64,000 nt of DNA from Bigelowiella natans CCMP2755 (lineage: Eukaryota > Protista > Cercozoa): contig ADNK01000313.1 of NCBI GenBank assembly GCA_000320545.1, forward strand, positions 190,779 to 254,778. Reading direction: 5' to 3'. The notes beneath the pieces are model-generated. The model searched no databases, was not told where the DNA came from, and worked only from the letters and a program-made list of their open reading frames with translations. The translations under genes were made by a program, and so were the position numbers. Positions 12,790-26,755 of the stretch are shown in pieces (position 1 is the first letter of the stretch; every line of letters begins with the position of its first letter).

Positions 12790-15159
12790 GGAAAGAGGAA
12801 AAGACGCACTGTGTGTACATGTGAAAGTTTGATGGTTGATGTATGTGTTGATTGGTATTGAGAATAGTCTGGAAGCAATGGAGGCCGAGAAAGAATTCGG
12901 TTACTTGCTACTGGCATTACATATATCACCCCACCATTCGTCATCATATAGAATAGTATATGGTGTTTTAATCATATGTATTTCCCAAGCAAAATAGAGA
13001 CTCAATAGGCCTTATTTCTTCTTTTCCCTCTTCTTCATCGTCATTATCAAGAGCACATAGTGGGGATATTTGTGGAAGTGTTGATATTACAAATTCAATA
13101 TTTTAATACCTTTTGAGTGGTTCCCTCCATTTGATGTAGAGAGTAGTATATATAGCATAAATACGATTAAGCATAGAACTGTTACGACATTACAGGTGCA
13201 GATTTGATGATGGAGAAGTACCGAAAGATTATCAAAAGGTTGCCGTTGTATGTGCAACGTCCAGAAGAGGAAGACACCTCAAAATATATAAATGATTCGT
13301 TTTCATCGTGTTCATTCCAGGCGTTGTATTCGGGAGCGCTCGGCACAATTTCGAAGGAAGTGCGTACATATGAGTAGTGCGACAGACAAGCAGCGCATAG
13401 TTGTGCTGTAATTATTTCAAATAATGTGTGCATACAATACGCGTCTCTGTTGTAGTAATATATTATTGTCTAGGCTAAGAGGGTGGAAGATGGGAATGGG
13501 GAGAGAATGACGGGGAAATAGTTGCCAATACCTGTGGCTACGTCATCATCAGATTCCGAGAAGATCTCGAGAATGAGAAATACAGAGATTTGGACAACAA
13601 GGGGGACTCGAAAACAAACATGTGAGACAAACAAATCGTTGTTGTTGATGATGGGGATGGCGATGATACATTTATTCACAATGGTATGACGAAGGTGAGC
13701 AATGGCGGTGAGTCGTTGATGCATACATACTTATTACACCAGCATCTTTGTAGTTGTCGTTACATCAATCTTCACCATGTCATTTGTTGTTTGGCAATTG
13801 GCAATGATGATAAGGATGATGATGATGATGATGATGATAAGGTACCCTAGCTTGTCTGATTGGGCAATGGATATGCTTAAAGCGTTGAAAAGAGGTAATA
13901 ATATTGATTTCTGGTAGAGGATTTTGATCAACATCTGTATTGCTCATAGCAGCTCATATCATCATCCCCCCATATCTTACCATCTTTATTATTATTATTA
14001 TTAATATTATTATTATTATTACAATTGTTATTATTATTATTTATTATCGTTATCATTATCATCACATCTATTTTCATCTACAGGAGATTGCAGAGCGAAA
14101 GTCGCCGCATGCCGGCTTATATGCAATGAGGCCGATATGTAAGGAAGTGTGATGATGTACGTTGGAACGATTCATTGAAGCTATAATTTGTTCATATATT
14201 TCCAGACAATTAAAACGATTTGGAGACGCTACTGCGCCAAAGCTCGTGATTCGACTAAATGTAATGATGCTTACGCACATACGACAGCAATCACTACGCA
14301 ACATTGCTATCGATTTTGTTTCAATTAAATTCACAATGAGACCTAGTTGTTTTCGTAATGATGAGTAGTGTTTAATCAGTCAGGGGTTGAGCTAACAATC
14401 TCCCTCTCCACTTTCCATACAGAACCTGCTATCAACGATGAGCGAATCTGAAGGTTTGCTGAGGCAAATTGAGCACGCTGGTAATCTCTTATCACATCGC
14501 CATCGTCATCACCATTGTTGTTACTATTATCCTCAGCATTAAACGTACTCTTTCGCATTCGAATCAGCTATTATGAGTTGTTTGTCCTTCTTCTTGCCAC
14601 GTGCTGCTGTTTGTCTATATAGATCGTTCGTACATCTTAAAGCATTTTGTCGAGGATGATCCTGCTGCAGTATCTGCCAAACTGCTGCGCGATAGATTTG
14701 GATTTGGGGAGGGACTACTCCCCTTCAAAAATAGGTCGTCGTCATTAGCGATCGATGGCGGTATTTTCGGTGATGAGGGTGATGCAAATAGTATGAATGG
14801 TAAATAACAATCAACAGGAATGCTGCTACTACTTGCTATTTACTAGCGCATTGACATGGAAGAAGAGAGAATTGTTTCACCGGTTGCATGATAGATTGTG
14901 GTAGTAGTGCCAGGATTAGCATTAGGGTGATGATGATGATGATGATGATGGATGATGGTGCTTATTTGACGATGGTGATCATGGTTAGTAGGCTATTGTC
15001 ATGTAGTAGTTGCGGTCGTCATATATACTTGTTACTCATGTGTTGCCGCAGTAGCACGAAATATGCGAAGAAGTACGTTGAAAACGCTTCGCTAAGAGAT
15101 CTTAGAAATTGGTGTATACATTCACGGTAATACCTGGATGGCATGAGGATGCTTTTAGA

Positions 15160-15197
<38 letters not shown>

Positions 15198-15810
15198 ACA
15201 CATACACACGTAGATGTTAATAATAATAGTAATGATGATAATAATCATAATGATATCGATAACCAATATGTGATATTAGATGCAAGCATCAATATTACGT
15301 GAGAAAAGATTTTCATTTATGTTAACACTGTTGTCTCACATATGAATATATCGTACCATCTCATCTCTTCCATACTCATTTCTGTTGATTTCTTCTCCTC
15401 CTTTCTCTTTCCCACCCCTCGATAATCCAATACGCGGTAATCCCTGTAGGATCAAGCCATTCTGGAACGAAGCGGAGCAGCTACTACATGGACTCATGGA
15501 ATTTCGTGGGTTCTCATTCAACCACCAGCAGCAACATCTTTCTCAGCAGTCACCTGAGTTAAACAAGATTGTCGGTGATGGAATCACTCGCTCTCCCGAT
15601 AGTCGCTTCAGCCAAGTCAAGGATGACATTGGATACCATTTGGAGGAGAGGGGCGGCGGCGATAATCGCTATGAGATGATTGTGCAAAGAATCTTAAACT
15701 ACGTTCCAAGCTACGCAGACGTGTCAAAAGAAATGACAGCGAGAGAGAAAGCCGGTGCCGATTGGCATCAAATTCCGCCATACAGACGCATTCAAGATAT
15801 TGACGAATGA
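11983..15810 (+). CDS. Hypothetical protein, multi-exon
   Basis: About nine 3' exons join with consistent phases (LSDWAMDMLKALKR/GDCRAKVAACRLICNEAD/IQLKRFGDATAPKL/NLLSTMSE../DRSYILKHF../SALTWKKRELFHR/STKYAKKY../IKPFWNEAEQ..DIDE*). The Ser/Arg-rich N-terminus may be a transit peptide. No family recognised. Confidence 0.65.
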
Positions 15811-16327
15811 TCATTAATGTCCAAGCTAGCAAACAAGGACAAAATCATGCCTGCTGTAGTGCTGCTGAGCTACTGAGCTACATGCGTCTTCGCATCTGTC
15901 ACACAGAATTTGTTCGTCGGCGCGAATTGGCGCGATGGACACACTATACGATTACAATGTTCCCGAACCGTAAGACTATCCTACGCGTACATGACATATG
16001 ATGACAGTAGACCTTCAGATGTTGTCTAATAAATCTCAACTATGATGCACATAATATGGTGCATATCACCATGATCTAGTGATGATACGATTGCTGCGCA
16101 CTTCTAGACTAATGCCAGCGCTCGAGACATTCTAGCATTCTAGCCTAGCTAGCTAGTAGCATATTATATATTGCTTCAATGCGCTGCATGATGAGTACTC
16201 GAGGGCACAAAAATGGTTGCGAGCACAGCGGCGAGTGAACGGATTTCATGCGGATATCAATGTTATGTGCACACATCTTACATTGGCTAGTAAAATCTAG
16301 AAATGCATGTGCGTACAGATTGGTGTT

Positions 16328-16682
16328 CTATGACTGTTTCCCTTTGTCATCGTCATCGTTTCCTTTTTTTTCATGACACATTTGGCTATCACCTCCAACC
16401 ACTACTTCAGAAGTGGCAGAACCAACCCCCTTTATTGCTCCAAGCCACGATGCCTATTCGGTATCATCATCATATTTGTTTTGTTCTACAAATTGTGTAA
16501 GTCAATGTAAGATTCTACCTGACGCCGAAGCTCAGGTTTTTTGGGCGTAATCTCCAGTTCTCTGCCATTTGCGAATTAGAGACATTAATATAAGTAGTAT
16601 CTCATCTCAAAGACAGACAGAGGACAGGAAGGTTGAGAGAGAGAGAGCGAGAGAGAGGAAACCCCGATGAGTGTCAAGCACC

Positions 16683-16728
<46 letters not shown>

Positions 16729-19075
16729 ATGTGCACTGACCCGAGCCTGAGGAGCACATCGTTGAAGCTTTTGAGATAGAAGTCTTGCTGTGACACACGA
16801 ATAGCAACGCTATTCACTAAAGCGAGCACCTGAGTAGGGACAATGAAAAGACAACAAGACAGCGCCAACAAAACGTAGCCATCAAATATATTTATCATCG
16901 CCAATCTATGCAACATTACTACTTTTCCATGCCAGACTAGAATATGGTACCTCATTGATGGCTGCTTTCCGCTCTTTATTCGTTACATTAAGCTGCAAAA
17001 CGAATTTTTTTTCCCAAATTATGCTTTCAATACTCCGAGGAAACAACAAACAAATCAATGATAACCTCAAAATCATTCTCTCCAGCTAATAGTGCGGCAC
17101 GATGTGTGAGATCCAATTCCAAGGCAGACAGCTATCGTTGCAAAACGTTATTTGTGTATGAGGGAATAATCAGCTTTCTTCAATCATTGCATGCATGGTG
17201 CGTTAATGATTGCAGAAATCTCCTCTGACTCCCTACCTTGAGCTTTGTCAGTTTGTCACGTGCTTTAAGCAGATCAGCGAATAGCGGCTTCATTTCTTTC
17301 GAAACACCAGCCTCTTCCATGCACTATGGAAAAAGAGGAAAGGGCACTATCATAATCCTATTTTATCGTCAAAATCACCGGTGGGAATGGATTTTCTTAA
17401 TCGTATTGAAAACGTTCATCGATGCTAGCTTGCTTCTCTTCTGGCTGCCAATTCGTATAGTACCTTTGAGTCCCCGACTACGAATCCAGCAACACCTTTT
17501 GTTGGAATATTAGGAGGATATCATCACTCTAATGTTGATTGATGTGATGTATATGATGGTGTGATATTATTATTGTTTGTCGACACTATTGCTTTTGTAA
17601 TTCTAATTCTTTTACTTGCAAATTGCTCATTCTACATACCTACCGACCCACCTTGAGATCTTAGTAGTGTTTGCACGAGGGTGAGAGATGGTATTCCCAA
17701 GTATAAATACGGCGAAAACTCTTCTAGATCTTCCTAATAAATAATTACATTGATTCGTTAGTTCGTATGGCTAAAGACTCGCCTACTTAATCCACCGCAG
17801 AATATACATTTATGGTTATACACTGTAGAATCAATCGATCGCAACGAATTACCTGCGGCAAAAGTCCGATTTCCATTGCGTATTTGCCCAGGTAATACGC
17901 TCTGCAGTGTGAAGAAGGATGATTGAATGACTACATTATGAGCTGATGAGACAAAGAAGCACACACTGTGGAAGTAAGTAGTACATCATAGGTGGTACCA
18001 CCACTAGCATCTCTCAAGGAACTCTCCCCCATGCTGCCTCTACATAGGTAGTAACACCTCTCAAGGAACGCTCCCCATGCCTCTGCCATACTTGCCTTTT
18101 CCCGCGAAGATGTACTTTTCGCGTCTTTTGCGAAACGAATCTTACCTTTATAAGTGCAGCAGGTTCAGATAGGAGCAAGCCATCGCCCCTCTACTATTCC
18201 TCTCCTCCGATTCCTTCCCCCCCCTCCCCAAGGGCCCCAGTCAGCTGTAGTAGCACCACCTTCTTTTGGATCTTTCGAGTATTGTACGATGTTTTTCATC
18301 GTCTGCCTTTTCCATTTTACATATTCCTCTCGGTTGCTGAGTAGCCCTGATGATTGAGCTGGAGGAGGACTACTACCGAATATCCTTCGCAATTCCTCAA
18401 AATCAGCTTCGATCTGTCAACAATGATATCAGCTAAAATTCAAATGAATAGATCATTTACAGAAACTGAAACTTCAAAAATTACATGTTTAATGCCACCA
18501 CAAACATGCGTGACATGATATTCAACCCAAACAAATCCAAAGATACTGGTTTAGGAGGCAGAAAGATGACGCGCGCACACACACACACACCTGCACTTGT
18601 GTTTCATGGCCATTTACTTTAAAATGATGAATTTCGGAGATTGCAGCAGGTAATATATTTTTATCTAATAGGATAAGTAAGATTTACTTGCTGAGATGTG
18701 GAAGCTTTCGCCACGATCGAATGATGTTCGTCAAGCAATACGATGCGAAAAGGCTGTGGATCACTCTCCCTGACGTCAATATTCGCCATTGTTTCACGTA
18801 TATTTCTATCAGACATTCGACGAAAAGATGTCCAACGGATGGATGGATGACTCTAGGGAGTTTGTAAATGAAAATAGTTATTTGCTTACATCCTTCTGTA
18901 TTCAATTATATAAATGTTTACATGTATACTTATAGGTTATTGCATTTTCGGTCCCGACCATAATTTGTTGACACTTTGGACGACGAAATTTAACAGCCGG
19001 GACACTTCATGAACCTGGAATAGCACCAACAATTCTCTTTTTAGGGGGGAAAAAAGTGAAATCGAACACCATCAT
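16328..19075 (-). CDS. Hypothetical protein, multi-exon
   Basis: GT-AG exons such as IEADFEELRRIFG.., DLEEFSPYLYLGIPSL.., CMEEAGVSKEMKPLFADLLKARDKLTKLK, LNVTNKERKAAINE/VLALVNSVAIRVSQQDF.., ASWLGAIK..GKQS*. Start approximate. Confidence 0.6.
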
Positions 19076-19852
19076 TCTCCACGAGCCGCCAAATACCTTC
19101 CTCCTTTGCGCGACGAAGCACGGATGCCGTCTAAACACGCGCCAGAATGTCTGCGGTCACGACATGTGATTAGGAATATGTGCTTTCAAATACTGGTTAG
19201 AGTTTGGAGGAAAGAGATCAATTGACCTTCCCTCCTGGATCATAGGCAGCGGTTTTGTAAGCGCTGACAATTGGCATCCTTTGTTTTAATGGGAGACCCG
19301 CTGCTCATGCAAGTGTTGATGTAGAATGTAGAAGGAAGAGGAGAGAATAATAGATCTAGAACGCATGATATTTTATCGCTACGACATCCCCTACTAGCTC
19401 GTTTTTAGATTGTACTTTGGTGTTTCTACAAGGAGAAACATCGATTACGACAGCAGGTTTACCTCGCTTTTCGCAAAATCCGATATTTTAGATTCCCGTA
19501 TGGTTCGTGCAGAGATGATCATCATTGGATACGACGACGCTTTTGGTAAGGATCTGTATGGGTAGTGCCAGATATTCAATGGGGATAAGTCGTAGATATT
19601 CATGGTCTCACTAGCGACAAGAATAAATAACAATTTATCTATGTGAATTGCCTGGAAATGGAGCAAAGATATCTTTGAGACAGGCGCTGGAGAGTTCTTC
19701 GAGATGCAATGCTACAGGAGTACCAACCGAGATTGCATCACGAACAGTTTTTAGCTTTTTAGCGGACGACAAAGATAAACAGCAGCAGCTCCCCCTGAAG
19801 ATTTTGCGTCCATCGAAGAAGAAGAAGGCCAAGGAAAAAGAAGGGGGGAAAG

Positions 19853-22800
19853 ATGCTGGACCAGCCAAAACCTCACCAAATATTTGTCCATGTGATTGAG
19901 GGTCGTGGCATTGATGCTATAGAGAAGAAAGGTCTAAGTGATGTGCAGTGTAAAATTACAATCGGACCGACATTGCGTCTCAGGAAGCAAACATGTACGA
20001 AGTTCCAGACCGCAAATTCAGTTTGGAATGAGAAGTTTGTATTTGAAAATGTGATGCTAACTGATTCTCAATGGGAAACCGAGAAGATAGCCTTGACTGT
20101 AGTCGACCGGAACGATTTTACTCCGAATGCAATGGTTGGAACTGTGGAGTTTTCTTTGACTAATATCTACAGACAAACAAATCACGAGTATTATCGAAAA
20201 TGGACCCCTATTGTGAGGCCCGATGAACCTGGGAAAGACCACGGGTGCATGCAAGTTAGTGTGTATGTTTTGAAAAGGGGGGATGCAACGCCAGTTCATG
20301 GAGATACGGAATATGAACTTATGGCTGATAAGGACCCAGTACTGAGAGCTCCCGTGGATCTCAAGGGTTCAATGTATGTTCTAAATGTTCTTCTTTACAG
20401 AGCTGAGGGACTTCTTCCTACACACAAAAAAGCTTTGAATCCATTTGTATCGGTACGGTTTAATGGCGCTACGATGCAGACGAAGCGCATGGCAAACATA
20501 CGAAATCCGATATGGAATCGTAAGATTGTTATGCCGTTCCAGCTTCCACTTCACAGTGATTCAATTGAGATACAGATCTGGAATGACAATTCGATGACCC
20601 CAGACACGCTTATTGGACAAAGAACTTTCTCCTTTCACGGAGAGCGGCTGCGTAATCGTCCTTTTGGCCCTGCATGGATTAATCTCTACAGGTAACTTTG
20701 ATTCTTCGCTATTTTTTGATGTTTCGTGTGCTTAATATGTTATCATTGCTTTTGGCACAAATCCGAAAGATCTTACTCATCAGAGAACATTGTGTCATAA
20801 CATCCGAGATACCTCTTTGTCAATATCTGAGGTTATTATTCTCTGTTTTTCAGCTCACACTACGTCCCACCGAAAACCACGTTTCTGGGAAGATTGATAG
20901 ACATCATGGACACTGCTCAGTACATTGGAGAAGACGAGTTTGTCGGTCGTTTGCTCGCACGCATAAGCGTGAGAAGGGTCAATGCTGCACTTAACCCCCG
21001 CCTTCGTTGCGTTCCTTGCGCACCTGCTGTTGAACCTAAAGGTGTCGAGTATGTTCTCGATTTCTATGTTTACCGTGGATCTGAGATTCCTGTGCAAGGG
21101 GGTAAAGTATTCATAGAGATCGTGTTCGGATCTAATAGAAAGGATACTGTAGAGCTCATTGCGGCAAACGCAGGCGAGTATCAATGGAATCAGGTGTTTC
21201 AGAATATCACCGCTTTTGGCCCCCAGGACCTTGATGAGGTACACGATGTTATCATCAACGTCTATCACAAAGTTGGCTTTGTGTCTCGGAAAATTGCTTT
21301 CGAGCGTATCCCTGTTTCGAAACTCGTTAAGGACAAGGCAAAAGTAAGCTATTGCATCGACGGGAAACCCTTTAAAGGACTGCAAATGCAACCTCCTCGC
21401 TGGCGATCGCTCACAAATATTACGTACGACGAGAAAAACCCGCACATCATCGCTGGATTTCTGCTCTGTAATATAGGTTTTGGACGTAAGCACCAGCGTC
21501 CATCAACATTGCCTGAAAAGATTCAGAAATCTGTTGTAAAGAGATACGTTCTCAGGGTTTACGTACTCCAGGCTGTTAATCTACCTGCGGCATCTGATGA
21601 TGGCTCTATCCTTCCATTTATGGTGGTGCGTTTTGCTGGAAGACACAAGCTGATCGATGGCCCGAAATTAGGGACGAAGTACCCCTATTTCTTCAAAATG
21701 ATTGAGATTGAAGAAAACTTGGATCCTGACCAGGTTCCTAGTGTCAATCTGATGGTATATCATAAGACATCAACAGGAGGCCAGAATCTTGTAGGTCGTT
21801 GCGAGATCTTATCAGGTGATATCCTACCTCCCAAAGAACTAGCAAAGGCCAAGTTTGCTCGAACACAGCAACCTGTAATCACGAAGTATCCGTTGCAAGT
21901 TGTCAACGTCCTTGGAAAAAGAAGCAGCAGCAGCTCAAATAAGGGTACTGATCCCACATTGACTCCTTGCATCGTGGCGCAGGTCCAGTTGGTAGAAAAA
22001 AGAATATTGCCAAAGCTTATTTCTGGTTGGAAGAAGACCCCCGACGGAGCCGAATTTCCTGAGCCATTCCGTTTGAGCATGCCAAAAGAAATTGATTCTA
22101 CGCCGTGCATGGTGTCTCCGTACATGCTCAACGTGAAATGTGTTGGCGTAAGAGGGCTTAAGGGTACTGGTTACGAAAACATGGCTCGTCCTAACTTAAG
22201 ATTCAGTCTCCCACCTGATTTTGTTAAACAAAAAAGTCCAATAGAGTGCAAATTTGATAACCTTAAAGTTGATGGAGGCGGGCATGCGGATATAATGCTT
22301 ACGCATTTGTTCCAAAATCTTCCCATTCCTATGTATTCTCTTGCTACGACTCCACTGGTTATTGGTTTGTATGATGGAGACACTTTAGTCGCTAGTTGCT
22401 ACGTGCCTTTATCTCACTTTGCTGGCAACAGAAAGACGTGGGATGCTCCTACGTATAACCCAAAATACGACAAGAGAACAGGCCGACCCCGCAAGTACAA
22501 ATCGGTGGCCGCTGCTATGGAAGAGGCCAGAGCTGACGAAATATATCACTTGAGACAAAAAAAGGCAGCGGAAATGGCTGCAGAAGAAGAAGAAGGAGAA
22601 GACGACGAAGATGGGAAAAATGTTCAAGGGAGTAATTCCAAGAAAAAAAAGAGACATAGAATTGAACAAACTCTCAATTTGGAAGAGGATGATTGCAATT
22701 CTTTCGTACGAGTAGAAGCTGGTGATGGAAAATTAAAAGAATTCGATGAAGGTGAAATTAAGGACGACGACAACCTTCCTGTCGTAGCAAATGAGATGGA

Positions 22801-23054
22801 GGAAAAGCCATCATTTCTTGAGAATGAGGATCCCTTCCATCATATATTCCACTTATATCGTGGCAAAGAAGTGGGTATAAGTAGCTCCAAGGTTAAAGAA
22901 TCGATGCTCAGGGGTGATAGCAAGCATCAGACCTGCCAGGTGACAATAAAAATAAATGTTGTTGAGCATATCGCTCAATACACGAATATAGTAAAGTATA
23001 AGTTCGTTAAAAGGTTCAAAACAATTTAGGAAGCTGCTCAGGAAAACATTGCGC

Positions 23055-23085
<31 letters not shown>

Positions 23086-25405
23086 ATCATCATCATCATC
23101 TTTGCTTGTCTACATCATGGCAAATAGTAGTAGCGTGACGAAGTGGGTTGTTTGTTCTTCTTTCCTGAGATCGCCTTGATATCATTGGTATTGGTATTGT
23201 AATTGCTATTGTTCTTATAGGATCTCATGTATTGATATTGTGATTGTTATTGTTATTATAGGATCTCATATGCAAAGTAAAAGCCTATGTGCAGATAGTA
23301 CCAGAAAGCGAAGGAAAACAAGGGGCGAGGAGTAGAATGGCTTTAATCAGCCATGACCATCTGGCGCCATACCGAGAGCTTTCTCAAGAGTAGGAGGATG
23401 TAGATAGTAGTGTGATAGTATTATTCTCATAATTATTCGGTTGATGTGAGTGATACTAAACATGGATCTTCTTCTTCTTCTTCTTCTTCTTCTTCCTCTT
23501 CCTTCATGATTGAACAGATACATTACTCGAATCTATGTGTACCGAGCATTTAATCTTTCTCCAAGGATGCATTTGGGCAATCTCACCTGCAATCCATATC
23601 TCAAAATATCGAATGGACAGGTATTATTACATTGTTGTTCTTGTTGTGTGTTGTAAATTAACGAGAAAAGGAACGAACTTCACTCAGGGAAGAACACAAC
23701 GAATAGACCTATGTAGCTGATAGAATATATCAATAATGCCTTCTTCATTTTGAGCTCTTAATATTGATCTGCGTTTGTAATGATGCCTACTACTACTACT
23801 CAGGATGATCTCAACCAATTTAGCAACGAAAAGAATGCAGCGGAGAACGACTTGAATCCCTTGTTTTTCCAGGTGAATGAATGATGTTATAATACTATAT
23901 TGTAGTATCACCTCCTCCTATTGCCTTCTTCAAGTCAATCATATTATCGTTCAGTCTCCTCCTATAGTCATCGTCTTCGTCTCCTCCTCCATTCTCATTA
24001 CCTCACTTGCCTTATGGTAAAATTGTTTAGGTCATTGAATTGACAACTGAGTTCCCCGCTAATGGCAGCCTTGATATCGAAGTAAGGAGCAGTATGGATA
24101 TGATGCACATATCTATCTATCTAATTTCGTAAAGAACAATATTCAAAGGAGGAATCCTTTTCAACAGTGATGAGTAGTATACGCTGTAGCAGTAGCAAGT
24201 CAGTTTTTGTCAACTACCATTTTAATTTACTTATCAGTGAAATTGGTAGGGAATACAATAGTGTATATTGTGGGAATGCATTATCATCATCATCATCATC
24301 ATCATCAATCATTATCTTCCTTTTCTGTTGTCCTGTCAGTTTATTATTATGTTTACTTCTAGCACTACTACCATCCCCTTCACTAATTTGTCTGCTCTCC
24401 TCACAATATAAATAGTATTATTAAAATAATGCTGATAGCGATAATAACACTAATAATAACATTAATAATAGGTGTGGGATAGTGATACCCTTGGGCAAGA
24501 TGTGATGGTAGGATCTACTACTGTTGATATCGAGCAAAGAGTCATCAACAAGATGGCCAGAGGGGTACTATTACTCCTCCTACTACTCCTACTACTCCTC
24601 CTGCTGGAGCATAATACGGATTTATGATGCATTTCAGTATTACGAGTTTATGCTCGTGCATGCGTGCATGCGTGCATGCGTGCGTGTGTGGTGGTGACTG
24701 CAAAGTATGGAGTGCTACACACTACCATGATGAAAGAGGATGATGGTAGTTGGTTGGTACTAAGGCCCAGTTAGTGACTAACTGTTGCTTCTTTGTTCTC
24801 TTTCTTTCTTCTTCAAGGAAAAGGAATACCGTCGACTCCTTAACTCAACAATGTCCACCTCGCAGGGTCTTATCCTTGTCAAGGTAGTAACTAACTAACT
24901 AAGTAGTACTGCTTGTTAATTAGAACTACAAGAAGAAGAAGAAGAAGAAGAGGAAGAGAAGCGTAGTAGTACTAGCAGGGAACAAACAACATATCTTAGA
25001 TTATAGTACTCGCCAAATTAGGACAAGTAGTGCGTATGATTAAATCCCCCAAAACGCATGTTTTGTTTCATTCTTTGTTTCTGGTCAGTATTCACTGTTG
25101 TCTCTAATTCTTGAAAATCATTTTAGTTTAATAATTTCCTCTCTCCTCCCCCCCCCCCCCCCTCTCTCTCTGTATCTGTGTCTCTCCGTTTCTCTCTCAT
25201 AATAAAGATCGACGTACTAACAGCAGAGCAAGCACGGCAGATCAAAGCCGACACTTTGTCACCTCCACAGTTCCTTGACTATCAACTCAGGTTGATTCTG
25301 TGGAGCACATATGCTGTTAAGTTTCCACAGCTTGAAAATCGAGGCCTAGATGTCGACCAGAAACTCATCGTGACAGCAAACTTTGATGGGGAAAAAGGAC
25401 AGGTA

Positions 25406-25443
<38 letters not shown>

Positions 25444-25585
25444 TCTTGTAGAAGAAGAAGTAAAGTAGTTGTAGTAGTAGTAGTGGTAGTAGTAGTAGTA
25501 GGGTGAATAATGTGAATGACGATGATGGTGAGGATGATGATGATGATGATGATGAGGATGCTAACGACGAAATCACAGATTGCAC

Positions 25586-25625
<40 letters not shown>

Positions 25626-26755
25626 CTAACACTGATATCATCTACTGTGTTCTTACTTTGTGTTTGGTTGGTTGTTATTCTTGATTGATTGATTGATTGA
25701 TTGATTGATGTTCGTGTGCTCTCAGGATATTGTCAAGAACACAGACGTAGCTTGGTATGCCGCAGAAGGGTGTGCGGATTGGAACTGGCGGATGATATTC
25801 AATCTCAAGCTTCCTTGCAAGAACCCTAGATTGCGTATTGCGGTTTGGGATGAGAATCTGCTTGATAGAAACGAGGCACTGGGAGAAGTCATTCTAAATC
25901 TCTCCCCTTTCTTCAAAAAGTGCTTGCTGGAAAAAACGTAATTTCCTCTCGCCACAATTAGCAAAGGAAAAACCATGAGAGATAGAGAGGGAGAGGGAGA
26001 GGGATTGCATTTGTTTGCATTTCTGATCATGAATCAAGTAGCAGTCATAATCTCGAAGTCGCCCATTCTTTGTTTTCTCTTTTCTCTCTTCTTACCAGGC
26101 CGAAAACAAAAGACCAACGCAGACTAGTGTCGTTTGAGCACTCAAGATATCGATCCGTGGGCATTGGCACCTTGAAACTGGAGATGCAAATGTTGACAAA
26201 GGCGTACGCAGAGGAGAATCCAGCCGGTTAGTTCTTGTCCACTACTACTATTTATACTCTTTGAGATGATTAATCTGAGCCAGTTTGATCATCATGATCA
26301 TCATGATCATCTTCATCATGCGAACAATGATAATAATAATAATAATAATAATTTTGGTTGTGTATTATATTGCATTGTATTGATATTGTATCCATACGAA
26401 TGAATAGGGGAAGCGCAAAACGAACCGAATGTGGATCCATTCCTTCCAAACCCGAAGAGAAACAGCCCTCCATGGTAATTAATAATCGTGATGTATGCAG
26501 CTCAAGTCGACAATCTTTCCTTTTGTATGACATGTTACATCCGCGAGGTTCTGATCACAAATTTTGTTATGTTATCATCATCATCATCATCATCATCAGC
26601 ATTATCATCATCGCTATAATAATCATAGGGCCGTCGGAAGCCGTGCTTTGGATTGGCTTGCAAACCGAAGAGCCCTTGTTATATGCATCGCCGCAACTGT
26701 TATTGTTGGAGCACTATTTATTCCAGTGCTCTACGTAGCTTTTGCCAGTCAATAA
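19853..26755 (+). CDS. Ferlin family protein (tandem C2 domains, C-terminal TM anchor)
   Basis: Successive C2 domains (QIFVHVIEGR, VLNVLLYRAEGL..NPFVSVRF, YVLRVYVLQAVNL), C2F-type NTDVAWYAAEGCADWNWRMIF..AVWDENLL, Ferlin_C-like AEENPAG/EAQNEPNVDPFLPNP, terminal TM ALVICIAATVIVGALFIPVLYV. The true start may lie upstream, near 19289. Confidence 0.92.

Noticed and set aside
18085-18100. Perfect GC donor AAG|GCAAGT on the minus strand
   Set aside because: A canonical AAG|GTAAGA donor lies about 50 nt upstream, so this site is probably intronic.
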